A stretch of DNA of 64,000 nt from Paraspadella gotoi (lineage: Eukaryota > Animalia > Chaetognatha), in assembly GCA_051294375.1 (NCBI GenBank), contig CM119269.1, positions 7,682,217 through 7,746,216 of the forward strand. Direction: 5' to 3'. Below the pieces are notes generated by a model, which was not told the origin of the DNA, did not search any database, and was given only the letters and a program-made list of their open reading frames with translations. Shown here piece by piece: positions 38,560 through 51,365 of the stretch (position 1 is its first letter; each line of letters starts with the position of its first letter). The position numbers were made by a program, and so were the translations under genes.

Positions 38560-39802
38560 GCAATTATTTGGGCTAGTTTTTTTTTTTTTTTTTAATTAGC
38601 CACGTTTGGCTACCCATTAATTGCCGGCCATCATCGCTAGCATCATCGCTAGCATCATCCGCGCTTCATTCGAAACAGGCAATAGCTCGGGACGACGAAG
38701 AATGGAAACGCTACGTCACGCATCATCTCCGTCAAGAAAATCGATGGGGCAAGCTGGAGATCGTGCTTAGCCAGATGAGGCCATCGCCTCATTGAACCGC
38801 CTCCGCTTACGACAATTCATGATGTCCAACGACAGAGCTTCGCAGGTTTGAAGGGTATGGTGTTGTCAAGCCCTGTCTAAGTAAGGGTCAAGCGTAACAG
38901 GAGTATGTTCTCTTTGGCTGGTTCTCATTTTCGAGCAATTGTGGCCCGGCATCTCTGTATTCTTAATTCCTAAACCCTATAGCTTCTTAACGAGCGGCTA
39001 AACTATTGGCTAAGTATTACTAAGCTGCTTTATCAGCTAACGTTTTCATTTTTGTTTTTAACGCTAATCTTTATGCTATAAATATACTAGTAAATTCCGC
39101 ATTTTTAGATGTAATAGAGTCTTTCGCGAAAAATAAGGGCGCGAAATAAGGTCTAGTGTTTCATCCCTTACGTCAGCGCTGGTTAGTGTGACGGTGTCGG
39201 CATAACACACGCTTGGACATCAGTGGGATCTCTCTGTAGGATCGGCAAATCCTTGAGGCGCCAGCTGTTGGGAGCGCGGCTCCCACCCCGGGGCATCACA
39301 CATGTCTCGCCTCGTTGGCGCCATACTGGAACGATTAATAAATTAGCTAGGTACCGCGAGTTTTTTTTATTTATTTTCTTTTTCCGCTGTTTAGAAGTGA
39401 GCGAAACTACAGCGAGTTGCAGGCGAATGGAGCTGCAGGGGCAGACGTGTGGACGCGCTGGCGGAGCAGGTGCGACGGGCAAGGGCAGAGTAGCGGGCGG
39501 GTCCAGGGAATCGCGAGATGGATCGGCGGAGGAGCGTCGGAGAGGAGGCGGAGGAATAAGGAGGAGTAAGGGAAGGAAGATCTTTGGTTAAAGAGGCCGA
39601 GGCTTGGCTTGCGAATCGCAAAACGCTGGGGAAAGTGGATGAGGAAGAAGGTGAGGATAATTTGGTCGGGGAGAGAGGAGGTGACGGAGTTATGAAAAGG
39701 AGAGAAAAATGGGGTGAAGGCAAATAGCGAAATGGAAGGATTAATAGAATTTTATGAAGATTTTAGATCAGAGGAATTCGTGAAGAAAACGTTACATGGC
39801 AT

Positions 39803-40050
39803 GGGGCTTTGGCTTATTGGCTTAAGCTCGCGAACTCAAGCATTATTGCCGGTTCCATCCCTGGTCAGGCAGAGGGGGGTGGTTGCTTCCATGAAAGCTT
39901 TAACGGGGGCCGGTTTTAATCAGCGACTCTGGATCGCCAAGTTGCGCGGAAAGCGAGGGCGAGCTGAAGAATGTTGGGGCTATACTATATCTGCGCCGTC
40001 AGAGGGCTAATGGCTGACGCCCCTCTGCGCGTCAGCTTTCGGCTGAACAT
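39803..40050 (+). mobile_element. tRNA-derived SINE-like element
   Basis: GGGGCTT start, A-box TGGCTTATTGG (39810-39820), B-box-like GGTTCCATCCC (39851-39861), then a GC-rich body. The 3' end is undefined and the region is noisy. Confidence 0.45.
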
Positions 40051-41949
40051 ATTCACATTTTTTTTTTAAATGGTTTGACTTTTTTTTGTTGCAATTCATT
40101 CTCTTTTGGTCGAAGATCAGATTTGATTAAATGTTATTCACGATCACCTTAGTTAACGAAGTATTTTCAATCGTCTCGATCGATGCAGTACATTTTCAGG
40201 GCTCAAAAGTTTCCTGTCGTGCGTTGCAGAGACGTTTTGGCGGCCGCGTCGGCGGAGGGCGGCGCGCGCAGCGGGGCGTCAATGACCGACGAAGGAGAAG
40301 AGGGAGAAGGTTGCATTGCGTCGGCGATAATGTAAGAGAGAGAGAACATGAAGGTAAATGAAACGAAAACATTTTCTCGTTTCTCTGCTCGTTCTTAGTG
40401 AAATAATGCCGCTCGTTTTATTGATGTCGAAGGGACTTTGAAAGGCGTGCGACGATGCCTGACGGACGAGCAATCGACGACGACGACTGAAAACATAAGC
40501 CCTAGAGTCTTGTTAGCGACGGGTAAGTCTTTTCCGAGTTTAACTGACCTAAAAACTGAAAATTTAATTCGTGATGATACATTTAAATACGAATAATAGA
40601 TCTGATATAAATAAATCCAATTCATGGCTATCACGCTTTCGGACGGCAATAATTTCATCACGGAGCGATCAATCAATCGCTCATGTCATTCATCAAGGCC
40701 TACGTTAGGTTTATAGGCAATAAATCGCCAGCCATCACTCTTGCCTTTACAGCAGCGCAACGGGCAACTCCGTCCGGCGCCTTCGTCATCGTCTCCGAAG
40801 ACGGCTGGGGGGAGGAGGAACGATAGGCAGGCAGGCAGCTTCAGGCAGCAGGCGAAACAGTCCCGCGGCGGAGGCAGCATGAGCCTCGAACGGACGGGGA
40901 ACGGCACGCTGCGTCGCTCCACTAGCGTCGACGGGGCAGGAGAACGACAAGAACGCTGCGGCGGACGAAGATCTTTTGATTTTTATCCGGGTAGGTGACG
41001 GCGTTTTTTTTTTTGGTTTTATTTTATGTAAAGTGCTTATATGTTATCGTGTTAGACAGTCGTCAGTTGCATTGAGTATTGAAGTTTTTTTTCATATTCA
41101 AAAGATCAGCCTAGTGATATTAAAATCCTCTCGTCCGTGCCTTCCGTAAAAGGTCCGTGGCCCGAAGCTCTGCCACGCGCCGCGAGCAAATGAGCGCCGG
41201 CGACGCTGTGTGCCGCGCGCGCTCTTGGCGTGCCCGTCTGGCGGTCGAAGCTACGAAACGAATCGTCATTCGGTCGCTGTCGCCATCTAGTCGTAGTCTG
41301 GCACGAAGACGAGGAAAGTCGACCCGCGGCTTCGCCCTGCCCTCTTCACTCACGTTCTTTGCTGAACACTGAATGCCGTACGGTTGATTAGTGTGGCGGT
41401 GTGGGGCGGGGGGCGTGATTCGAAGATGGGAGAGGTGTGGGGTAATGTTTGGGTGGGATTAGGAAGTATGCGTGGCGCTTACATTTTTGGGTTGAGAACG
41501 CATCTGGCTCATTTTCGTTTACGAGTTTGTTCACGGATGTTTGAACAACAAAATAATGGTACACTTAGCTCTTAATAGATGCCAAGAAGGAACCTTTGAT
41601 TGTTTGTGTTGTTTTTGTTTGTTTTTTTTTTTTACGGAGCAGCGAAATGAGGCGCAAACAACAATGTTAAAATTGGCTAATTTGGCTGTTCGTTGGAATC
41701 GTGAAAAAAAAAAAACGTCAATAGGGCGTGACATTTTTTTAAACGAGCCCAGTTAGCACGGTGAATATCCGGCTTTTCGGATTGTTTTTTTTTTTTTTAA
41801 TTGAACAAACCTTTAGCTGCGCATCTTATAATCCGTTGTTGCTCTGAGCAGGCAGTTGGCTCAATTGGTTCGCACAAGTTGATTTAGCTTTTGCCGGCTT
41901 GGTTTTTTTTAAACATTTCTGTTTTTTACTTTTAATGAATTTTGCATAG

Positions 41950-43052
41950 ATTTAAAATTTTTGACTGTTTTGTTATAGAAGATTAGCCACAGTGCAGCCC
42001 CGCCCGCAAATAAATATGCTTCAGACATAAAATGAAGGCATGCAATGGTTATAGCTTCCTGCCCAATTCATTAACAGGTTTCCTGTGAAGCAAATAAAAC
42101 ATGGCGAAAATGGGCTTGGCTAATATCATAATACAGATATGATATCACATTCGACACTTATGAGCATTAAAGGCAAACTTTTTGTAAATAATGTATATAA
42201 CGTCAAAAAAAGATTTAGCATTTTAGAGCCTTTTGTATTAGAAAGATTATCACCGCTGAGGCGCCGTGCGCGCATTGTGCAGACCCCACAATCAAAATAT
42301 CTCAGGACATAAAAATAACATGCAATGGTACTATTGGCACAAATTATATAAGCAGGTTTACTGTGAAGAACAATAAAACATTGATAAATCTTCTAAATTC
42401 ATGAATAAAGAATACAAGTATGCACATTGCGCGACAGCTCATATTGAGGCATAAAGGCAAAGCTTTTTTTGTAAATAATGTATATATATCAATAAACAGA
42501 TTTAGCAATTTTAGACGCTTTTGTTATGTAGAGAAGATTACCTGTGCAGTGCAGATCGCCCAAAAAATATCTTCAGAGCATTAAAATATTACATGTCAAT
42601 GGTTAAATTTCACAAAATTAAATTACGTTACTGTGAACCAAATAAAACAGAAGCGGTTGGTGCCGGGTTAATAATGGTTGAATAACATGGCTTCTAATTC
42701 ATAATAAATGATACAATATCACATTCGGCGACAACCTTAATGAGCATAAAGGCAAAACTTTTTTGTTACAAAAAAAATAATGTAATATAATCAAAAAGAT
42801 TTACAATTAATTTTAGACGGATTGTTGTTAATAGAAGATTACCGGCAGTGGCAAAGCCCCCCAAAAACTATCTTCAGAGCATAAAAATAACATGCAATGG
42901 TTATCATTTAACAAATTAAATTAGAGGTTTAGCTGTGAACAATAAAACCAGAAATATGCTTTTAATTCATAATAAGAATAGCGATAATCACATTCCGACA
43001 CTTATGAGGCAAAAAGGCAAACTTTTTGTAAATAATGTAATATATCAAAAAA
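41950..43052. repeat. Satellite-like tandem array, ~4 units of ~260-300 bp
   Basis: Recurrent GAAGATTA..CAGTGCAG..CTTCAGAGCATAAAA..CATGCAATGGT..GAGCATAAAGGCAAACTTTTT, with units starting near 41978, 42241, 42533 and 42834. Confidence 0.85.
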
Positions 43053-43869
43053 GAATAAAAAATTCAGCTCACAGTTATGATACTTACTTTATATATTAAA
43101 AAAAATTAAATAGAAGCGGTGTATGAGTTTAAATGTAAGGTGCAATCATATCGCGTAAAAGCAAGCTGAGTACAAGTTGATGTTGAAGACTTTCTGTTAG
43201 CAAAGTGTTTATCATGAAACTGAGATAAAGTTGATGTTAAAGACTTTTCTGTTCAAAAATGTTTTGCATAAACATTTGTAAAGCAGAAAAGTCTTGAACA
43301 TCAACTTTCGAAGGGCAAAAAAAAAAAATCTTAAAAGGGGGCATAAGGATAAGGCCATGATGATAGTGCATTTCATTGCATGATGAAAGTCATCATCTGA
43401 CGGCGATGAATCATTCATCGAAATAAAGACAACAAATGCGTGTATGCAGTGAAAGAGAGAGAGAGAAGAGAGAGAGAGGAGCGAAGAGAGAGAGAAGAGA
43501 TGGACAGTTTGCTCCAGCCAACCGAAAGCGCATTATTATGTCTGCTCTCGTTTATATAAAGAATACATCAGAAAGTTTAGGGAAAATCGGCACGAAAATC
43601 TCGGATGTAATTTGGCGGATTTTTGTATGACAATAATGGCGTATAAAAGTTTTTAGAAGGAAAAAGAGAGAGAGAGAAAGAGAAACGAGTAGAGAGAGAG
43701 AGAGAGAGGAAGAGAGAGAGAGAAAGAGAAAGAGAGAGAGAGAAGAGAGAGACAGAGAGATAGATGAGAGAGAGGAGAGGAGTGAGAAAGTGATAGATAG
43801 AGAAAGAGAAAAGAAAAAGTTCTTTCAGGCTGTTCGCGAGCAAGAGAGTAATAAATAAGTAGAAAATCC

Positions 43870-44077
43870 TAAAAAATTAATAATAATAATAATAATATAG
43901 ATAATAATAATAATAATAATAATAATATAATAATAATAATAATAATTGTACTCTAAGTAATTATATTTAGTAATGAAATGAAGAAGAAGTAACGAAATGA
44001 AATGAAAGGCAAAATGAAAGAAATGAGAATTTAACAAATGCAGCAAGATAGAACAGTGAAAGCAAACAAGCTTTGAT

Positions 44078-44108
<31 letters not shown>

Positions 44109-44343
44109 CTTTTCATCCCGGAGAAGCCAGAGGAGAACGACCGAAAGATGACCAGACGTGATTGACTTGCAATCACTCGACCATCATCTCCCTTGTCGCC
44201 GCTTGGTTTTCGCCATTCGCCCACCAATCAAAGCTTGTTGCTTTCACTGTTTATTCTTGCTGTCATTTTGTAATTCTACTTTCTTTCATTTTGCCTTTCA
44301 TTCTATTCGTTACTTCTTCTTCATTTCATTACTAATATTTTAC

Positions 44344-44379
<36 letters not shown>

Positions 44380-44380
44380 G
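43870..44380. repeat. Inverted repeat (arms ~43870-44082 and 44222-44380, ~140-bp spacer)
   Basis: CAGTGAAAGCAAACAAGCTTTGATTGGTG vs CACCAATCAAAGCTTGTTGCTTTCACTG, continuing out to (TAA)n/(TTA)n. Confidence 0.75.
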
Positions 44381-45149
44381 AATCCGCCGAAGTTATCTCT
44401 ATATATCACTTAGGAATGCATCGAGATGAACTCTCGATACGTGCAGATCTCGTCTGTTGGTGGATCTACCCTGCGAAATTTCTCACAGTGAAATTGCTGT
44501 TTCTTTTTCGTTTTTAACGTACATATCTTTCTAGTTAGTTTTAATAGGCACATTTGATTTGAAGTCTAGAATATATTAGGTGTGTATAAAAATCTTCTAG
44601 GTGTATTTAATATTCTTCTTCTTCTTTGACATCATTTCAATTAATTTATAGTCGATTAGCCCAACATTATGTCGTTTTCACTTGACTCATACACATTTTA
44701 TTATAGCTTTAACAACTCCGATGCTACACACGCCCGATATCATCTTTCCTTCCACTAAAAGCAGAATAGTATTCTCCTTCTCTCTACTCCTCCTCTTCGT
44801 CCTGTCGATCAATCTCTCCACTCTTCCTTCTCTTTCCTTCTCCCGCCTCTCTCCTCTCCCGTCTCTCTCCCTTCCTTCGCAACCCACCCATCGCCTCTCT
44901 CTTTCCTCTTCCTCCTCTCTCCCTCCTCCCTCCGTTCCTCCTCTCTCTCCTCTGCTCATTGACCTTCACCGAAATGACCGATATATATGCTTTCGAAGAA
45001 GCAAAAATAAGAAGACGACGACGACAAGGACGACGACGACAGTGATGTCGACGTAAACGCCGGACGTTGTCGACGACGATGACAGCGACGACGGCGTCCG
45101 ACAACCCCAACCCTCACCGCGCCACTCTAGGTTGTTACTCCTTTCGTCC

Positions 45150-45470
45150 CCCGCCCTAACCGACTAAAGTGCCTGCATATTAGGGATTAAAATCTCCAGT
45201 AAAATATGCCTCCCAGCGCGTATTTGTCAAGACTTATTGTCCGCTGGTCCGAGTCAAAAAATAAAAACACCCTTTCACAGCTTGTAAAAACTTTTTCGAC
45301 GGAAAAAACAATTACCCACGCCTTTTGTGATGTGGGTTAGGAGCCAGTGAGAGTTGCGAGACCGGTGGGATTAGTGGGTGGGAGTCCCAGTATTTGTAGG
45401 ATATCTTCCCGTCCACTAGGTTTGAAACATGGCGATGAACTGTTCTTGAGGAAGAAGCCGCGCTCTCTTT
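45150..45470 (-). pseudogene. Garbled duplicate of the HCN-domain exon (probably a read/assembly artefact)
   Basis: 45422-45467 TTGAAACATGGCGATGAACTGTTCTTGAGGAAGAAGCCGCGCTCT matches 32935-32981, and 45155-45177 matches the donor region 32809-32832. The sequence in between is scrambled. Confidence 0.65.
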
Positions 45471-46666
45471 TCTCCCCTTTTTTTTTCTCGGGCGGCGCCC
45501 TCAAAATAATTTTCCAGTTTAATTCTTACAAGAGACTAAGCGGCTTAAAAGTTGCGTTGATCTCTCCGGCAGCCGTCGCTGGGCAGATAGCAGTGTGTCG
45601 TCTATGACATCAGAAGTGGAGAGGGAGATGTGAGGGTGTTGGTGTCACACTATAGGAGTGGTGTATGGAAGGAGATACGATTGTAGAGATGTTCGTTACT
45701 CATAGTTTGTTGTAAGTATATGTGGGTTGATGGACCAAATATTAGTGTTTGATTGACAGATAATTACTCGTCATGTGTAAAAAAGAGTAAAAGACAAAAA
45801 CAACAGATGATAAGACAGATATCGTACTATCATTTAGGGAGAATACATTACTAGTGCTATATATCTCATATTTAATATCTTATGATAAATCCAAACACTA
45901 TCTCGCGTAAGCTTTTTATACGAGTTGCGGATGGTATATCGTAGTTGGTCCCGCCATTTTTAAAGTTATATGTACCTCTCCTAACTTGGCCCCTTCCCTC
46001 GCTTCTAACTTTTCTTCACCTTTCCTCTATAAAATCTACTCTTTCTCTTTCTCATCTTCTCAGTTCTTTCTTCCCCGGCATCGCGCAACCGCCACCTTTC
46101 CTCTCTCCGAACTGAAAACGACTTCCATCCTCTCTCCTCTCTCATCTCTCTCTCTTCCTCCGCTCCTCTCTGTCTCTTCTCTCTCCACGAAAAACAAAAA
46201 ATGAAGCAAAATTTTCTTTTCTTCTTCCGGGCAAAAAATAAAGAGAAAGAACAAAAAAAGGAGACAAAGAGAAGAGTGGAAAAGACAAACCACTGTTGGA
46301 GCTGGACGAAGGAGAAAGAGAGAGAAAATTGGAAGTAATGAGGAGGAACGGTGGGAGGGAGGGATCAAAGAGAATAAGAATGTGTATGTTAAAGAAAAAA
46401 CCAGTAGTCAAAAATATAGGTAAAAATATATAATATTAGCCAAAGCGTCGCAACTGCCTGAACTGTTTTTGTTATTAGACACAACATCCAGAACACAAGG
46501 AAAGGGAAGGTAGAGGAGGGAAATTGTTGGAATGGTTGGGGAGAGAGAGAGAGATACGAGAAAAGAGATGTAACTATCCTATTCTTCAATAGAGAGCCGA
46601 AAAGCACAGGGAAAAGGCGTAGAAAGATAAAAGATTGGAAGACGAATAAAAAAATTGTAAACAGAG

Positions 46667-46742
<76 letters not shown>

Positions 46743-49700
46743 AGAGAGGAGGAGAGAGAAGAGAGAAGAGAGAGAGGAGAGGGACATTGATGAAAACACA
46801 AAAAAAAGAAAAGGAGGTTTAACCGAAGATTTCCGAGGGAATATCAAAAATATCAAAGACAGAGTGACAATACGGAATACGCGAGTTCCTTATAGAAAGG
46901 GAGTAAAACGAAAAAATTACCAGCTGAAGCAGAGAAAACGTCAAACCCAAAAACGTCAAAGATTTCCGCAAGAGAGCGTGATACCGTTAAGACGTATCAC
47001 ATTAATGGCGCTATTTTCTCTATTCTTCTAAGCTATTCGATTTTCACCCTTCTTGTGATTTCTCTTCATCTGAAGACTGCTGTTCGATCTCGTCGGGTTT
47101 GCTAATCGTAGCTCCGAAATGATTCTCGTATTCCGCTCTCTTCAGCTCGACTCTCGAGATTTCCAATGTTGTTTTTCGTAGATTCTGTATAATGCCAGGT
47201 GTAATTTATGCTTTAATTTTTCCGAGTTCAGCACTCCACGATGAATATAGTCAAACATATGAACAATTTACAAATAGAGCCTCTTTGAGCGGAAAATTTT
47301 AGATATCTGTATGAGAGACTACAACAGAATAAATTATCATCACAGAAAAAGAGTAAGTGATAATTTCTGTGCGTATTTCAAGCGACCGAATGGATGACGT
47401 ACTATAATTTCAATCTTCAAATTCTCCGTCTATGAGATGAGAAACGCAGAGAGCATAAAATGATGTAGTTTTTGTTGGGCAGTGTGAGATATCGTCAACG
47501 CAAAACCAATTTTCAAAAAGCTAATCAGATTTTCCTTGAAATATATCTAATGCGTGAAATGAAGAAGTTATTTTTATTATCCACGTTGATATCAAGATTT
47601 ATATTATTTGAAAAAAAAACTTATAATGTAAAAAAAATGATACCAAAAAGAGATGTCATAAGTAGACTAATGGAGATGCTGAGGAAAAGGTCAGAAAACA
47701 CTCAGCCTACTAGGCTCCTACACTCGCGTCTACCTCTTTCAGGAGAAGGAGGAGGTACGTCGAGGTTCGTTTACTCCTGGGCAAGCACAGAATTTACGGG
47801 AGGGGGAGGACGAAAAAGAAAAAATTCCTTGAAGGAATTTTTAATGAGGAGAGCAGAGGACAGGAGAATTGGAAGTCGCAGGAGGGTTTTTTATCAGGAA
47901 AAATCGAAAGAAGTTAGGCATCAACGAGCGGGGAAGCTTAAAGCACGCAAAGTACTCGTATTCCAGGCGATTCATTGTAATTTTAAACGGCGCGGAGAGA
48001 AAAAAAAAAAGGAGCCAGAGAGAGAGAGAGAAGAAGAAAGAAGAGAGCTTTTATCATCTCCGGGAGAAGCCACGAGAGGAGAAGAGAGAAGAGAGAAAGA
48101 GAGGAGAGGAGAGAGTAAGAGAGAGAGAGCAGAGAGAGAGGAGAGGAAGAGGAGAGAAGCGGACCGAAGAGAATGAACAGAGAGAGAGAGAGAGCAGTGA
48201 TTGACATGGAGAAGACGAGTGAGAATCGACCGAAACCGATGACCTATAAGAGGGGAGGTTATGTATGTGCGAAGACATCGAGCCAGTCAGTCTCACCTTT
48301 GTCGCCGCTTGGTTTTTCTGCCCATTCGCCCTTAAACACACAAAATCAAAGCTTTGTTTGCTTTCACTGTTAATTTAATCTTGCGTCATTATTTATATTT
48401 TCTACGTTCCTTCATTTGCTTTCAATTGAAGGAATGTTCTTAATGTGTTCGTAATTAACCTTGAAATACTGTAACACGGTGATAATTATCTTGAGAAAAT
48501 TGTTAGAAATTAAAAGTTATAAAAAAGTTCGATTACTGAAGATGGAGGAATTAGAATAGTAGGTAATTACTTATATATTTTAATTATTAATTATTATTAT
48601 ATTATTACAATTTATTATTATTTATTACAATTCAGGGACTTAAATCCTGATAATATTTTAATTATTAAGATATATTAATTATATTAATTTTTAGATCATT
48701 TCTTACGTTATGTAATTTAGATTCAAAATAAACGCATCTTTGACAGCCTCTCGGCGGAGAGCCCCAAAAACTCTTAAAAACTTTAGATAACTTCATGGAC
48801 AAACCTATGATCTCAGAAAATTTTCTCCCAAAAATAAAAAATTATCACTCAAGAATATTCATTTATTTCTTTTTCCTTCCTCCTCCACCCCTTTTCACTT
48901 CTCTCTATCTACTTTCTCCGGTCTTAATTCGATCATAAATCATCTTTATACTTCTCTCATTTCCCTTCCAGAATTCCTTCTCTCTTAAATCATTCATCAA
49001 CCCGTCCATCGTTCTCCTCTCGCTCTCTCTCTCTCCTCTCTCGCTCCATCTCTAAACATCTCTTGATCCTCTTTCTAGACGATCTTCAATGCTCAAGTAT
49101 ATCCACTTTTTTACGTATTAATCATACTTCTTTCTTAACTAGCGACCCTTTATTACTTTAGTGCCCCTTTGCCCCCTTCCTTTTTCTTTAAAAAACAACT
49201 TACAACCCCATTAAGATTCTCTTATCCTCCTCAGAAAAAAACTCTTTCCTCCTACACGCAGCCTTCCCTCTCCTTCTCCTCTTGACCTCCCCTTTTCCCA
49301 CCTCGTAATCCTTCCCTCACTCCCCTTCTCCTCTCACTCCCTGACTCACCTCCTCCTCTTATTCCTCCCGTTCTGAGTACGAATCGATACTTCAGANNNN
49401 NNNNNNNNNNNNNNNNNNNNNTTATTATTTTAGATTTTTAGCTTATAATTACTCTCTTACTCGACGAGTAAGCCGTGAAAGGAACTTGTTCTTTTCTCTT
49501 TCTCTTCATCCTTTCACTTTCTTCTCTCCTCTCGCCTCTTCCGTCTCTCTCGCACTGGTCTCGCCTTTCCTCCCCCGATTCCTGTATCGATCTCGCGAAA
49601 CGTGGCTGTTTTTTTTAAAGGTTTCCTCTCCTTTCAACGCTTTTCTGGTTACATCCGGGTAAAAGTCTTTCTTCCGGTCAAGAGAATCCTTCGTTTCCGT

Positions 49701-51235
49701 ATGTCGTTACTTCGCGGCCAAGCCGAAGCGAGGCGAGAAATTGGCGCCAGAATTTGAGGAGGATGAAGGACCAAAAAGGGGGGGAGGCAGCCATAGCCAA
49801 GAACAAGGGAAGGTTTTTTTGGGAAGAAAAAAAAATAACGAAACTGGGTTTTTTGAAGTTGGACAGGAAGAAAAAAAATATATAGGAATAGAAAACGAGT
49901 CGTTGAAACTTGAAAGACCCCAAGTCTACTTTTTATGGCGAAGTCAGGTTCTTTTAAAAAGACCCAGCGAAAAAAAATATTGACGGTAAAGTTATACATC
50001 GAAACTCGACGTAAATAAACGAGAGAATTTATGAGCTGAGGTTTTTTAAACTCGAATCTTGCACTTACTCTCGAGAGGTAAGGTCGACGCGAGGACTGAT
50101 TCATGGTGAGGTCAATAAACCGACTCGTTTATGGTCAACCTCGTGACTCGTTTTTTTTTCCTGAGTCAACGAGAAGAGTTTTTTTTTCACCATTGGTCTA
50201 AAAAGATGGATTGGTCAGACTTGCATGTCGTCGAATAAACAAGAGAAAGATTGCAAATGTCGTCAGTGTTAAATTCACCTCTTTTTAGGCTTTAAATTTA
50301 TTTTTGATCATTGTTGACGATTGATATTTTATTAATTAACTTACTTAATTGGTAAAAACAATTACTTGGTCAATATTCGTGTGGATGAGTCAAGATTGGA
50401 CCAGTTTGACGACCCATCTATTTCAAATGAAGTTTTTGTTAAGGATTAAACCTACAATTATACGTAACAAATTTCTTAGTGGCCTCCGCCCAGTTTTTAT
50501 GACTGGGGTTCATTTCTGCAATTTGATGCGCAATGACTTTACTCTTAGTCTGAGGAGGAGGAGGAAGAGGAAGAGGAGGAGATGGCATTGCTGAAGACTG
50601 AAACGCAATTCGCCCTCAATTCTCGTTTAATGATCGTTGTTGTTGTTGTTGTTGTTGTTGTCCATTCTATTTTTGTTGCGTTGTCACCGATCGTATTCTT
50701 TTGTTAACTTTGAAGTCATTATATAATATATATGTCATGTGCAAATAAGTAATTAAAAATAAAAGCATTACAAATTATCTATACTATCTATATTATCTAT
50801 ATTTACTTTTAATGAGACATAAATTTATTTTATTAAGAAAATGGGGGTACATTACAAATTGACACAACTGGCACTGCCCCCTTTAGTCAAACTTCCGACT
50901 CATGTCCGACTGAGTTAACCAGAATGAGTGGTCATCGTCGTTGTTGTTGTTGTTGTCTTCCTCGTTAATTGCTCATCTTGTGGCGTCTTTCTGAGTCGCT
51001 CTTTCTCTGACCTCGAAGTCGAGAAGAATTTTCTTTATAGCCTTCGTCGTCGTCGTTGTCATCGTCGTTGTTGTCGTCGTCGTTGTAGTCGTCGTCGTCG
51101 TCATCATACTTCTCGTGGTCGTTATCGTTTAAAAAATAAAACATTGCATTATCGAAATCCGAAAATTTAAAAAAATTAAAAACCAAATTAATTTGCTCTC
51201 TCTCTCTCTCTCTCTCTCTCAACTCTTTCTCTCTC

Positions 51236-51279
<44 letters not shown>

Positions 51280-51329
51280 CTCTCTTCTCTCTCTCCTCCC
51301 TCTCTCTCACTCTTTCTCTCTCTTCTACT

Positions 51330-51365
<36 letters not shown>

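Noticed and set aside
41851-41875. A-box-like TGGCTCAATTGG
   Set aside because: No B box at tRNA spacing.
50591-50610. CTGAAGA..GAAAC hammerhead-like core
   Set aside because: There is no room for stem II and no cleavage-site helix.
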